Origin: Paracoccaceae bacterium
GTDB lineage: Bacteria; Pseudomonadota; Alphaproteobacteria; Rhodobacterales; Rhodobacteraceae
DNA length: 64,000 nt
Direction: 5' to 3'
Assembly (NCBI GenBank): GCA_002699695.2
Contig: PACC02000043.1
Location: forward strand, 637 to 64,636
The notes beneath the pieces were generated by a model. That model had not been told where the DNA came from, made no database searches, and saw only the letters and a list, made by a program, of their open reading frames with translations. Positions 31,271 through 44,668 of this stretch are shown here, piece after piece (the stretch's first letter is position 1; each line of letters opens with the position of its first letter). The position numbers were made by a program, and so were the translations under genes.

Positions 31271-31756
31271 ATGTCTAAGAAAAGAGAAACATATTTCCTT
31301 GAAAATCAAAGTCCCAAAAATGTTTTTGAACTGGCCTGTAAATTGTCGGGGAAACTTCGGAAAGGGGATATTGTTTTTTTGAGGGGTCCAGTGGGTTCTG
31401 GTAAGACCTATTTTGCCCGAAATTTTATTCTTGAGATTTTAAAATCTCAAAACCGTTGTGATGAAGTACCTTCTCCGTCTTTTAGCTTGATACAAATTTA
31501 TGATACGATTGTCCCTCCAATTTGTCATGTCGACCTGTATAGACTTTCTTTCTCAAGTGAATTAGAGGAGCTAGGTTTGGAGAATCTTTATGAAAGTTCA
31601 GTGACTTTAATTGAATGGCCCGAGAGATTAGCCAACAGATTGCCTGCAAGATATTTTGAAATAGAGTTTTCTTTTAGCAACAATAAGGAAAATGAAAGAA
31701 ATTTGTCTATTGTTTTTTTAGGCCCTAACTGGGAATATCTTTCAGAATATTTTTAA
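31271..31756 (+). CDS. tsaE: tRNA t6A37 biosynthesis ATPase TsaE
   Basis: LRGPVGSGKTYFAR Walker A, HVDLYRL, IEWPERL. An alternative TTG start lies at 31259. Confidence 0.85.
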   Translation: MSKKRETYFLENQSPKNVFELACKLSGKLRKGDIVFLRGPVGSGKTYFARNFILEILKSQNRCDEVPSPSFSLIQIYDTIVPPICHVDLYRLSFSSELEELGLENLYESSVTLIEWPERLANRLPARYFEIEFSFSNNKENERNLSIVFLGPNWEYLSEYF

Positions 31757-31771
31757 TAGAAAGGCAAAAGT

Positions 31772-33370
31772 TTGAATTTCATTTTTTATGATTTTGAAAC
31801 GACGGGTAGAAATTCTACTTGGGATCAAATAATTCAAGTTGGAGCCATACTTACCAATGAAAATTTTGAGGAAATTGATACTTTTGAAAAAGAATGCATT
31901 TTGAAGCCTGGGACCGTACCTGAGCCTGGAGCATTGATGGTTACTTACAAGATACCTGGGAAATGGGCCCCAGAAAAGCACCTTTCGCATTATTCTTTCG
32001 TGAAATTGATGTGGGAAAAATTCAGCGATTGGAAAAACAATTATGACCCCATTGCTTTTATTGGGTACAACTCGATAAATTTTGATGAAGAATTTCTAAG
32101 AAGAGCGCTCTACAAGAATTTATTCGACCCTCTCTTGACCACCAAGTATAATTTTGGTGTACCGGGGAAGAGAGGTGACATAATTAATTTGGCTAGGGCG
32201 GTAAACATTTTTTATCCTGGAACTTTAAAAACGACATTTAATGAAAAAGGAAAAGAGGTTTATAAGTTAGATGAGTTAGCTCCTGCAAATGCTGTGATGG
32301 GAGAAGACTTTATGTTTCATGATGCTCTTGAAGATGTAAAAGCTACTATAGAAATAGCAAGAATTATAAAAAATGGGGCACCTATATTATGGGATTCTGC
32401 TCTGAAAACTATGCATAAGAAGGATGTCCTTAAATTTATTAATGGTGAAGAATTTTTACTTTCAAGTGAATTTTATTTTGGGACATTGAGGACTTATGTG
32501 GTGGCTTCAATTTGTGAAGGCCCTAAAGGTGGCATGAAGGTCTTTGATTTAAGGAATGATCCCAGCCAATTTATTGGATTGGAATATCAAGAGCTAAAAA
32601 AAATAATATCTGAAGCAAAGCCAAAAATTATTAGGTCAATTGTGATAAATAAAAGTCCAATTCTCATGCCACCTGAACCTGAATTTGTTTGCTCAGTTGT
32701 TGGATATGAAAATATTGGAATAGAAGAATTAAGTAGAAGAGCAAAAATTCTTAAAGAAAACATTCAGCTTAGTTCGCAGTTGAAGAGGCTAATATCTGAA
32801 GATGTAAAAGATGAAGTTCAGGATCAGTCAGATAAAGAGCCAGAAGAATGTATTTGGAACTTTGGTTTTGCGGGTGCTCAAGAAAAAGCCCTTATGACTA
32901 AATTTCATTCCAGTGATTGGAAAGGAAAGTTGGAAATTGCAGATCATTTTCAAAATCTACAGACTAATGATTATAACACCTTACAGAGGTATAAAATTTA
33001 TAGTGAATTTGCTAGGCTAATTGTTTATGAAGAGAAACCAGAAATTTTGAGTGAAGAATTGAAAGCTAAAATAAGGAAAAAATTAGCTGACCGGATATTC
33101 TATCCCGATACGGATACGGTTAGGTCTCCCTGGAATAATTCGAACAGGGCACATATGCAAATTGAGAAAATGGGTAATGAAATAGAGGAGGAAGGTAAAA
33201 TTTATTGGAAAAACGAAGTTCCAATGTGTGGCCTTTCGAAGTTACCTACAAAAGAATGCAACTTGCATAAAGAATCCACTAAATGTGATTGTTTCGAATA
33301 TGACTTTTTGTGCAAAATAAAAGACCTAATTGATGAGATTGAAAATGAGTATAAGGATCTTAAATTTTAG
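31772..33370 (+). CDS. sbcB: exodeoxyribonuclease I (SbcB)-family DEDDh 3'-5' exonuclease with a C-terminal extension
   Basis: TTG start; FYDFETTG (Exo I motif), GYNSINFDEEFLRRALYKNLFDP, HDALEDVKATIEIA, INKSPIL. These parallel E. coli ExoI HDYETFG / FDDEVTRNIFYRNFYDP / HDAMADV / INKCPVL. Confidence 0.8.
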   Translation: MNFIFYDFETTGRNSTWDQIIQVGAILTNENFEEIDTFEKECILKPGTVPEPGALMVTYKIPGKWAPEKHLSHYSFVKLMWEKFSDWKNNYDPIAFIGYNSINFDEEFLRRALYKNLFDPLLTTKYNFGVPGKRGDIINLARAVNIFYPGTLKTTFNEKGKEVYKLDELAPANAVMGEDFMFHDALEDVKATIEIARIIKNGAPILWDSALKTMHKKDVLKFINGEEFLLSSEFYFGTLRTYVVASICEGPKGGMKVFDLRNDPSQFIGLEYQELKKIISEAKPKIIRSIVINKSPILMPPEPEFVCSVVGYENIGIEELSRRAKILKENIQLSSQLKRLISEDVKDEVQDQSDKEPEECIWNFGFAGAQEKALMTKFHSSDWKGKLEIADHFQNLQTNDYNTLQRYKIYSEFARLIVYEEKPEILSEELKAKIRKKLADRIFYPDTDTVRSPWNNSNRAHMQIEKMGNEIEEEGKIYWKNEVPMCGLSKLPTKECNLHKESTKCDCFEYDFLCKIKDLIDEIENEYKDLKF

Positions 33371-33406
33371 TTGAAGATTTAATAATAAAAGAGTAAGGAA
33401 GATGAT

Positions 33407-33727
33407 ATGGGAGTCACACAAGTAACAGACGATAGTTTTGAAGCAGAAGTTATGGGATCATCCATCCCTGTTGTTGTTGATTTTTGGGCAGAATGGTGCG
33501 GACCCTGTAAACAAATTGCACCGGCACTTGAAGAGCTTGCCTCAGAATATGAAGGGCAGATTACCATTGCAAAGGTCAACGTCGATGAAAACCCAGTATC
33601 ACCAAGTAAGTTCGGTGTCCGTGGTATCCCAGCTCTTTTTTTATTCAAGAATGGTGAGATGGTAGCGTCAAAAATGGGAGCTTCTCCAAAGGAAGCCCTA
33701 AAATCATGGATTGAAGAGAATAAGTAA
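33407..33727 (+). CDS. trxA: thioredoxin
   Basis: 106 aa; [12 protein letters not shown] active site. Confidence 0.95.
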   Translation: MGVTQVTDDSFEAEVMGSSIPVVVDFWAEWCGPCKQIAPALEELASEYEGQITIAKVNVDENPVSPSKFGVRGIPALFLFKNGEMVASKMGASPKEALKSWIEENK

Positions 33728-33751
33728 AAAAAATCAAAAATTTTTTTCTGA

Positions 33752-35065
33752 TCAGGATGAATTTTGTTTAAGGTATTGCCCCACTAGGTAAAGAGATCCG
33801 GTGATCAATATCCTTTTTGGTAGAATAGAGTGTTCGCTTTTAATATCATGTAAGGCCATCTCTATGCTAATAGCACTTTTACTTGGGATCTGCAGTTTAT
33901 TGGAAGTCTGTACAATGGTTTCTGTTTCTTGTGCATTAATTTCTTCAGGAATTTTTACTGCTATTAGTTTATGGATGCTAGATCTTAAGGGTTTCAAGAA
34001 ACCCTCAAGGTCTTTGTTCTTCATCATTCCTAATATTAAAAAAAAGGTGCTTGGGTTTAGTTTCTGTATCCAATTTGCGATAGCATTGCCTGCTGAAGGA
34101 TTGTGACCTCCATCTATAAACAACTCTGCTTCGAATCCTAAAGTAGAAGGGCTCAAATCACCCTGCCATATTTTTTGTAACCTACCAGGCCAACAAACTT
34201 TTTGCATAGCATCACCTAAATACTTTGCAGAACAACCAAGCTCACGTAAGGCTGCAATGGCCACACCAGCATTTTCTACTTGATGAGAACCTTCAAGTCT
34301 TGGTTTGGGTAGGAAAATGGTTTTTTTTGATTCAGAAAATAGAAGAGATGATTCCATCACTTCAACTTTAAAATCTTCATTTTGAGTAATTGTAGTGCAA
34401 TCTAAAATCTTTGCTCTTTCTTTCAGAGCTTTCAGGGCCATTTTCTCTTGTTTAGCTAGGATGACTTTTGATCTAGGTTTTAGAATACCAGCCTTTTCCA
34501 GAGTGATTTTTCTCAAGGTATTACCCAAGAATTCTTCATGGTCCATTGAAATTGGGGTAATGATGGTTAGCTCAGATTTTTCAATAACATTTGTGGAGTC
34601 TAATCTTCCTCCAAGACCTACTTCCAAGATTGTCCAGTCTGCTTTATTTTGTGAAAAGGCTAGAAAAGCAACGGCTGTTAGTAATTCAAAAAAGCTAAGG
34701 TTTTTGTTTTCATTCAATTCTATACACGCTGACAGTAAAGTATCAAAATATTCAGGAGTTATTTTTTTCCCAGCGATTTTTATTCTTTCTCTGATATCTA
34801 TCAAATGAGGAGATGAAAAAACATGAACTTTATGCCCCTTTGCTTCTAAACCGGCTTGAATAAAAGCAATGGTCGATCCCTTACCATTTGTCCCTGCTAC
34901 ATGTATAGCTGGCGGAATTGAATTCTGCGGATTACCTAATTTAGAGAGAAGCCTAGAAATTCTTAGTGTATTTAGACCTAATCTCTTTGGAAATGGCTTG
35001 AAGAGTTCTTTTATTTTCTCTTCATAGGGGAGCTCTTTTTTGATTGTCAGCTTGGTATTTTCCAG
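33752..35065 (-). CDS. folC: bifunctional folylpolyglutamate synthase / dihydrofolate synthase; start codon unresolved
   Basis: The track ORF (33752-34804) begins at a TTG inside ...SSPHLIDIRERI. The same frame stays open up to 35077 and encodes ...LGLNTLRISRLLSKLGNPQNSIPPAIHVAGTNGKGSTIAFIQ (Mur-ligase P-loop). No ATG/GTG/TTG lies between 34805 and 35077. 35065 (CTG) is a placeholder. Confidence 0.85.
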   Translation of the reverse strand: MENTKLTIKKELPYEEKIKELFKPFPKRLGLNTLRISRLLSKLGNPQNSIPPAIHVAGTNGKGSTIAFIQAGLEAKGHKVHVFSSPHLIDIRERIKIAGKKITPEYFDTLLSACIELNENKNLSFFELLTAVAFLAFSQNKADWTILEVGLGGRLDSTNVIEKSELTIITPISMDHEEFLGNTLRKITLEKAGILKPRSKVILAKQEKMALKALKERAKILDCTTITQNEDFKVEVMESSLLFSESKKTIFLPKPRLEGSHQVENAGVAIAALRELGCSAKYLGDAMQKVCWPGRLQKIWQGDLSPSTLGFEAELFIDGGHNPSAGNAIANWIQKLNPSTFFLILGMMKNKDLEGFLKPLRSSIHKLIAVKIPEEINAQETETIVQTSNKLQIPSKSAISIEMALHDIKSEHSILPKRILITGSLYLVGQYLKQNSS

Positions 35066-35080
35066 TTTTGTTAAAGATTA

Positions 35081-35989
35081 TTATTTCAGCGCAGAAGACT
35101 TTTCTTCTTCAGTTTTCTTAATATTACCACGAATAGCACGGGGTTTTTTCATGAGTATATGGAGAAGAATTATCAATTCGTCCTTAATTTTATCTCTAGG
35201 TATGACTTGATCAATCATCCCATGTTCTAAAAGATATTCTGATTTCTGAAACCCCTCAGGCAATTTTTCTCTGATCGTTTGTTCAATTACTCTAGGTCCT
35301 GCGAAACAAATTAAGGCATTGGGTTCCGCTAAGGTTACATCTCCTAACATGGCATATGATGCTGTTACGCCGCCAGTAGTTGGATTAGTCAAAACAACTA
35401 CGTAAGGTAACTTTTCCTCTCTAAGGGATTGAATTGCTACAATCGATCTTGGCATTTGCATTAGGGACAAAATACTTTCTTGCATTCGAGCTCCCCCGGC
35501 GGCTGAAAAAAGTACAAATGGGGTCTTATGTTTCACGGAATTATTAACTCCAGCTATAATACTATTCCCAACAGCCATGCCCATGGAGCCACCCATGAAA
35601 TTAAAATTTTGAACAGCTACTGTTACCTTTAGTTTTCCAATATCACCCATAGAAATTACCATGGCATCTTTTTCCCCAGTAATTTTTCTAGTTTCCTTAA
35701 TTCTTTCAGAATATTTTTTTGTATCTTTAAATTGTAGCGGATCTTCCAAAACATCCTCAGTTTCAATAGGAGAGTATATTCCGCCGTCAAAGAGGGATAA
35801 AAGACGTTCAGTCGAAGAAATTTGCATATGATGCCCACATCCATTGCAGACATGAAGAGAATCTTTGACTTCTCTGTGGAAGAGCATCATGCCACAGGCA
35901 GGGCACTTGGTCCAAAGATTTTCTGGTGTATCTTTTTTGGAAAAAATAGCATTTATTTTGGGACGGACGTAATTAGATATCCAATTCAT
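35081..35989 (-). CDS. accD: acetyl-CoA carboxylase carboxyltransferase beta subunit
   Basis: Zn-ribbon CPACGMMLFHREVKDSLHVCNGCGHH and a GGSMG carboxyltransferase core; classical accD-folC pairing. Confidence 0.95.
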   Translation of the reverse strand: MNWISNYVRPKINAIFSKKDTPENLWTKCPACGMMLFHREVKDSLHVCNGCGHHMQISSTERLLSLFDGGIYSPIETEDVLEDPLQFKDTKKYSERIKETRKITGEKDAMVISMGDIGKLKVTVAVQNFNFMGGSMGMAVGNSIIAGVNNSVKHKTPFVLFSAAGGARMQESILSLMQMPRSIVAIQSLREEKLPYVVVLTNPTTGGVTASYAMLGDVTLAEPNALICFAGPRVIEQTIREKLPEGFQKSEYLLEHGMIDQVIPRDKIKDELIILLHILMKKPRAIRGNIKKTEEEKSSALK

Positions 35990-36130
35990 TTTTTTTCTTC
36001 CTAATAGGTTAATCGATACATAGTGCTTGCCAGAGTTTTTTGCAACGATTTTACATCCTTGTGATTTTCTTTGTGAAGCTTTAATTATGTTTCATTGTAG
36101 TCAAAAATTATGATTGCTTAGAACTTCAGA

Positions 36131-39848
<3,718 letters not shown>

Positions 39849-39908
39849 GGTTGATGAAAATATCCTAGTGCTTAAATTTATATTACTATAAACAGTAAGG
39901 TAACCAAC

Positions 39909-40649
39909 ATGAAAAATCTAGATGAAGTAGACAAAGAAGAATTATTAAAATTTGAATCAATGGCTGAGGAATGGTGGAACCCAGAAGGCAAATTCAAACC
40001 TCTCCATATGTTAAACCCGTGTCGTCTAGGATATATAACTGATCAAATAAAGAGCCATTTCCGTTGCAAAGTAGATAAACTGTACCCATTTAGTGGACTA
40101 AGAATATTAGATATTGGTTGTGGCGGAGGTCTGCTCTCAGAACCTATGGCACGTTTAGGAGCAACTGTAGTTGGGGTAGATCCTGTGAGTAAGAACATCA
40201 AAGTTGCTGAAATTCATTCTAAACAGATTGGGTTAGATATTGATTATAGAATTTCAACCGCAGAGGATCTTTTGAAAAAAAATGAACGTTTTGATGTGAT
40301 ATTAAATATGGAAGTTGTTGAGCACGTACCTCACCCTCAACGGTACCTAAAGACCTGTTCAGAATTACTCAAGTCAGGAGGTTTGATGACTTGCTCAACA
40401 ATTAATAGAAATTCAAAAAGTTATCTTTGGGCAATTATAGGAGCTGAATATGTTATGAGATGGTTACCAAAGCATACTCATGAATGGCAAAAATTTATAA
40501 CACCTGAAGAATTAGGATTATTTCTTGAAGAAAATAATTTAGAATTGATTGATACTAAGGGTTTTGTATTCAGTTTTTCCCAATGGGATTGGAAAATTTC
40601 TTCTAAAGACTTTTCAGTAAACTACGTGACAACTTCTGTAAAGAACTAG
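39909..40649 (+). CDS. ubiG: bifunctional 3-demethylubiquinol / 2-polyprenyl-6-hydroxyphenol O-methyltransferase
   Basis: [44 protein letters not shown]. Confidence 0.9.
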   Translation: MKNLDEVDKEELLKFESMAEEWWNPEGKFKPLHMLNPCRLGYITDQIKSHFRCKVDKLYPFSGLRILDIGCGGGLLSEPMARLGATVVGVDPVSKNIKVAEIHSKQIGLDIDYRISTAEDLLKKNERFDVILNMEVVEHVPHPQRYLKTCSELLKSGGLMTCSTINRNSKSYLWAIIGAEYVMRWLPKHTHEWQKFITPEELGLFLEENNLELIDTKGFVFSFSQWDWKISSKDFSVNYVTTSVKN

Positions 40650-41377
40650 GATTCGCTCCATTCTGATAAAACTGTTGAAAGCCAAATTTTATCCAATTTC
40701 TCAATTTCAACAGAGTCAAATAGAGCCATTTGTTTCCAATACCTACCATCTTCCACGAAATAACCTAAAGCACTTTCTTTGCGTAAGGCTTTTTGGATTC
40801 TATCCTCTCTAATTTTGCGGTGCGGTGGTTTTTTGTCTTCATATAGCTCAGTTATTTTCTGTCTAGGGAATACCAAGTTACTTGATGGAAGCATTGAAAA
40901 ATTTACTATTGAACAACCTTGCTTAAGAGCTATGGCTTCTAGACGGGCAGATTTTGCTTTAAGATTCTTTAAAGTTTTGTCATCTCGTAGTGGATCAGCT
41001 TTTCCATTTCCATAAAAATGTGTCTTAGATCCGTTATAAATCATGTCACACCCTATATAGCCAATCAAACTCGGTTTGAATTGATATAGTACCCAATAGC
41101 CCGCTGTGAAAGCCATAGTTCCCCCCGCAAAAACAAAACCACCAAAGTGATTTTGAGCGGTCACATAGTCTTTTGCTGAATTTAGGGTCTGATTTTTGGA
41201 AACCTGAGGTTGTTTTCTGAGGGGAAAATCTTCAGGGAAAATACAGTTACTCCAATCTGATCGAATTCTCCATGCATTATTGATTGCAACAATATAATCA
41301 AATGGAGGATCAGACCATTCTTTTGCTACAATAGCATCAGGGGCACTTCCAATAATTAGAACTCTTGTTTTTTTCAT
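40646..41377 (-). CDS. hypothetical Rossmann-like protein (tentatively DUF115/MptE-like)
   Basis: 243 aa; VLIIGSAPD...AINNAW...[28 protein letters not shown] resembles the nucleotide-binding core of MptE/DUF115-type proteins. Judged by eye only. It starts 6 nt downstream of the marR stop. Confidence 0.5.
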   Translation of the reverse strand: MKKTRVLIIGSAPDAIVAKEWSDPPFDYIVAINNAWRIRSDWSNCIFPEDFPLRKQPQVSKNQTLNSAKDYVTAQNHFGGFVFAGGTMAFTAGYWVLYQFKPSLIGYIGCDMIYNGSKTHFYGNGKADPLRDDKTLKNLKAKSARLEAIALKQGCSIVNFSMLPSSNLVFPRQKITELYEDKKPPHRKIREDRIQKALRKESALGYFVEDGRYWKQMALFDSVEIEKLDKIWLSTVLSEWSES

Positions 41378-41383
41378 CCTAAT

Positions 41384-41824
41384 TCAATTGCTAAGTATGT
41401 GCCTGAGCTCTCGTATGATGCGTAAAATGGAATCAGCTTTTACTTTCCCTAATTTATTAATTGCTTTGGTTATAACTGGTGTAATGGAAATTATAGCAGT
41501 TTGCTGTGCAGCTAGCCCAGATTTACTTATCGTTACTAGTTTTCGACGAGCATCGTTTGAATCTGGCCTAATATGGATGTAGCCAGATTTTTCTAGTCTG
41601 GAAAGAGTATTTGTCATAGCACCTTTGGTTACGTGGAAGCTATTGGCCAGTTGTACTGGTGTTTTTTCATTTGTCATAGAAGAAAGGTGGTTTAAAACTG
41701 AAAGATGGGAGATTGCCATGCCATGGGGTAAAGATTTAGAGATTTGGGCTCTGATAAGCTGATCTATCGTAGCGATTTCGGAAAACAATATTAAAGGCGA
41801 GAGATTAGGGGGATTTTTTTTCAT
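41384..41824 (-). CDS. MarR-family transcriptional regulator
   Basis: 146 aa; winged-HTH pattern LSVLNHL...TPVQLANSFHVTKGAMTNTLSRLEKSGYIHIRPDSNDARRKLV. Confidence 0.85.
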   Translation of the reverse strand: MKKNPPNLSPLILFSEIATIDQLIRAQISKSLPHGMAISHLSVLNHLSSMTNEKTPVQLANSFHVTKGAMTNTLSRLEKSGYIHIRPDSNDARRKLVTISKSGLAAQQTAIISITPVITKAINKLGKVKADSILRIIRELRHILSN

Positions 41825-41898
41825 TGAGAACTATAACTAAACAAGAAAGTGGTCACAAGCTCCAAGCTATAAGATCTCGAATGTTTTGCAAGGGATAA

Positions 41899-42666
41899 TC
41901 AGACTGTGAGTTCAACAACACTTATCCCAGGTTCCTTACCTGAATCAGATATTATCTTGCCAGTGGGATCAATTACCAAGGAGTGACCCCAAGTATTCCT
42001 ACTTGGTCCATTTTGGCCACATTGCGCAGGTGCTAGAATATAAACATTGTTTTCTAGAGCCCTAGCCCGAAGTAAAGTTTCCCAATGACATCGCCCTGTT
42101 GGGATTGTGAAGGCGGAAGGCACGCATATCAAGCTGGCACCTGCTTTGGCTAATTGATTAAATAAATGTGGAAATCGTAGATCATAACAAATTGTCATCC
42201 CTATTTTTGCGAAGCAAGTTTCAACTAAAAGGGCCTTTTTCCCGGGTACGAAATAGTGTGACTCTTTAAAGTGAACCTTTCTATTGATTTTGATGTCGAA
42301 CATATGAATCTTGTCGTATCTAGCAACAACCTTCCCTTTTGGGTCAATCAATAAAGATCTATTTGCATAATTATCATTAATTGTTTCATCAAATTTAACT
42401 GCTAGTGAACCAATTAGAATCCAAACATGATTTTTTAAGGCAAAATTTTTGACAAGCCTTAAAATAGGATCCTTTTCTTCAATTTTCAAAACTCTGCTTC
42501 TAAGTTCTATATCATTGGACATGAAATTGGATACTTCTGGAGTTAAGATGAATCTTGCTCCTTTTTCATAAGATTCGTGAAGAGAAGTTTTGATTTTTTC
42601 ATAATTTTCTTCTGTTTTATCGTTGGAAGAAAGTTGTATTATTGCTACCTTGATAGGTGATTTCAT
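41899..42666 (-). CDS. carbon-nitrogen hydrolase family protein (Nit/omega-amidase-like)
   Basis: 255 aa; E-K-C triad context: ILTPEVSN, YDKIHMFD, GMTICYDLRFP. Confidence 0.85.
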   Translation of the reverse strand: MKSPIKVAIIQLSSNDKTEENYEKIKTSLHESYEKGARFILTPEVSNFMSNDIELRSRVLKIEEKDPILRLVKNFALKNHVWILIGSLAVKFDETINDNYANRSLLIDPKGKVVARYDKIHMFDIKINRKVHFKESHYFVPGKKALLVETCFAKIGMTICYDLRFPHLFNQLAKAGASLICVPSAFTIPTGRCHWETLLRARALENNVYILAPAQCGQNGPSRNTWGHSLVIDPTGKIISDSGKEPGISVVELTV

Positions 42667-42731
42667 TTTAGTTCTTTGCCCCGAAGTGTTATTAATTAAT
42701 AAGAGTTATTACAATTGTAGTTGGTACTTCC

Positions 42732-43499
42732 ATGCAAAACCAATCAAATATTTTTGATGAAGAACTGATTAAATGTAGGCAAGAAAGAGCAAAAGCCCAA
42801 GGTTTTGTTTCTTTTTTGCATGATCAGGTCATTGCAGATCTTAAGAACAGGATAAATGAACAAAAACAAGAATTCTTAAGTATTGAAATAATTGGGCCTT
42901 TTGCCAGATACTGGGGAGATAGGTTACCCTATAACACTTATAATTTTTGTGAGGATACAAATATTTTACCAATTAAACCAAAATCGAGAGATTTGATTAT
43001 TAGTGCTTTATATTTGCATCTAGTTAATGATCCTATTGCAAGATTAGTACAAATGCGACTAGGTTTGACAAGGCAAGGAATATTGTTTGCTTATGCCTTC
43101 GGTGAGAACAGCCTTTATGAACTGAAAAAGGCTTTTGAATATGCAGAACTTAAAGTTCTTGGTAAGGTTTCACGTCGTGTGAACCCGAAAATAGACATCC
43201 CTACTTTTGGCAAATTGCTTCGGCGAGCTGGCTTTGACCATTGTGTTTCCGACAAACTAAATTATACGGTTGATTACAGCGATCCCATGAACCTTTTATC
43301 TGATATTAGGGGTATGGGAGAGACAAATGCCATGATAGAAAGAAGTAGACGACCTCTGCCAAAAAGAGTTTTATCATATGCGATGGAATACTATAGAGAA
43401 AACTATAAGACATTGAAAAAAAATAATAAATATCAAGCAACTTTTGATGTAGTTTGTCTGACTGGCTGGAGTTCTAAACCTGGGAGTATGCAGGAGTGA
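42732..43499 (+). CDS. NDUFAF5/BioC-like methyltransferase-family protein (SAM motif I looks degenerate)
   Basis: IFDEELIKCRQERA, LHLVNDPIARLVQ, LLRRAGFDHCVSD, DIRGMGETNA and ATFDVVCLTGW match the conserved alphaproteobacterial family as I recall it. Confidence 0.65.
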   Translation: MQNQSNIFDEELIKCRQERAKAQGFVSFLHDQVIADLKNRINEQKQEFLSIEIIGPFARYWGDRLPYNTYNFCEDTNILPIKPKSRDLIISALYLHLVNDPIARLVQMRLGLTRQGILFAYAFGENSLYELKKAFEYAELKVLGKVSRRVNPKIDIPTFGKLLRRAGFDHCVSDKLNYTVDYSDPMNLLSDIRGMGETNAMIERSRRPLPKRVLSYAMEYYRENYKTLKKNNKYQATFDVVCLTGWSSKPGSMQE

Positions 43500-43606
43500 A
43501 AATCTGAGTACTTTAACAAAAATTTGTTGAAATATTACTTTTGTAGCTTAATTACAATTAAGGATTTAGAGTTTAATTTTTTAATAACCTATTTAGGATC
43601 AAAGCG

Positions 43607-44668
43607 TTGAAATTAGACAAACCAGGTCAAGGTAGATTAGCATTTGCTAGCCAGGACCACCCTCCAATAGCTGTGGCAAAAATAGGTGTCCTGATTGCCA
43701 ACCTTGGAACGCCTGACAATACTGATTATTGGTCTATGAGACGGTATCTTAGCGAATTTTTGTCGGACAAACGAGTGATTGATTATCCAAGGTGGCTTTG
43801 GCAACCTTTATTACAACTTATTATTCTTTCAAAGAGACCATTTTCTTCGGGTGAAGCATACAAGAGTATTTGGAATGAAAAAGACAATGAGAGTCCTTTA
43901 TTGACCACAACTAGGAGTCAGTTTAGAAAGTTAAGTCTGCATTTCCAAAAAAGTAAGTATAATGAAAAGATTGTTATGGACTTTTGCATGAGATACGGGA
44001 ATCCATCTACTGAAAGCGCAATAAAGAGGTTGCAATCGCAAGGATGTGAAAAAATATTGTTCTTCCCTTTATATCCTCAGTATGCGGGGCCTACTAGCGC
44101 AACAGCCAATGATCAAGCCTTTAGGGTGCTAATGAAAATGAACTGGCAACCAGCTTTCAGAACAGTCCCAGCCTATTTCGATAATCCTACATATATAAAA
44201 GCTTTAGCTAATTCTATCAAGGAAGCTTATGCAGAAGCAAAACCTAAACCAGAACATCTAGTAGTGTCTTATCATGGTGTCCCAGAACGCTATCTCCTAG
44301 CAGGAGATCCATACCACTGCCATTGTCAGAAGACGACTCGGTTGCTTGTAAACGAATTAAATTGGGGAAAAAAATATTGCACAACTACATTTCAGTCAAA
44401 ATTTGGACCTGAAAAATGGGTGGGGCCATCAACAGTCGATTATGTGGCTGAGTTGGCAAGAACTGGTAAAAAGAACATAGCTGTTGTGGCTCCTGCTTTT
44501 TCATCGGATTGTGTAGAGACATTAGAAGAAATCAATCAAGAAATAGCAGAAAGTTTTTCTGAGGCTGGAGGAAGTAGTTTCTTGTATATACCCTGCCTTA
44601 ATGACCGAGATGATCATATTGAGGCTTTCATAGAAATTATCGAAAAAGAGTTGGCGGGTTGGATTTGA
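43607..44668 (+). CDS. hemH: ferrochelatase
   Basis: TTG start; HPPIAVAKIGVLIANLGTPD, LFFPLYPQYAGPT, SYHGVPERY, SSDCVETLEEI. Confidence 0.9.
   Translation: MKLDKPGQGRLAFASQDHPPIAVAKIGVLIANLGTPDNTDYWSMRRYLSEFLSDKRVIDYPRWLWQPLLQLIILSKRPFSSGEAYKSIWNEKDNESPLLTTTRSQFRKLSLHFQKSKYNEKIVMDFCMRYGNPSTESAIKRLQSQGCEKILFFPLYPQYAGPTSATANDQAFRVLMKMNWQPAFRTVPAYFDNPTYIKALANSIKEAYAEAKPKPEHLVVSYHGVPERYLLAGDPYHCHCQKTTRLLVNELNWGKKYCTTTFQSKFGPEKWVGPSTVDYVAELARTGKKNIAVVAPAFSSDCVETLEEINQEIAESFSEAGGSSFLYIPCLNDRDDHIEAFIEIIEKELAGWI

Noticed and set aside
31742-31990. 82-aa minus-strand ORF spanning the tsaE / sbcB-like junction
   Set aside because: It is antisense to two supported genes and has no motif. I treat it as spurious.
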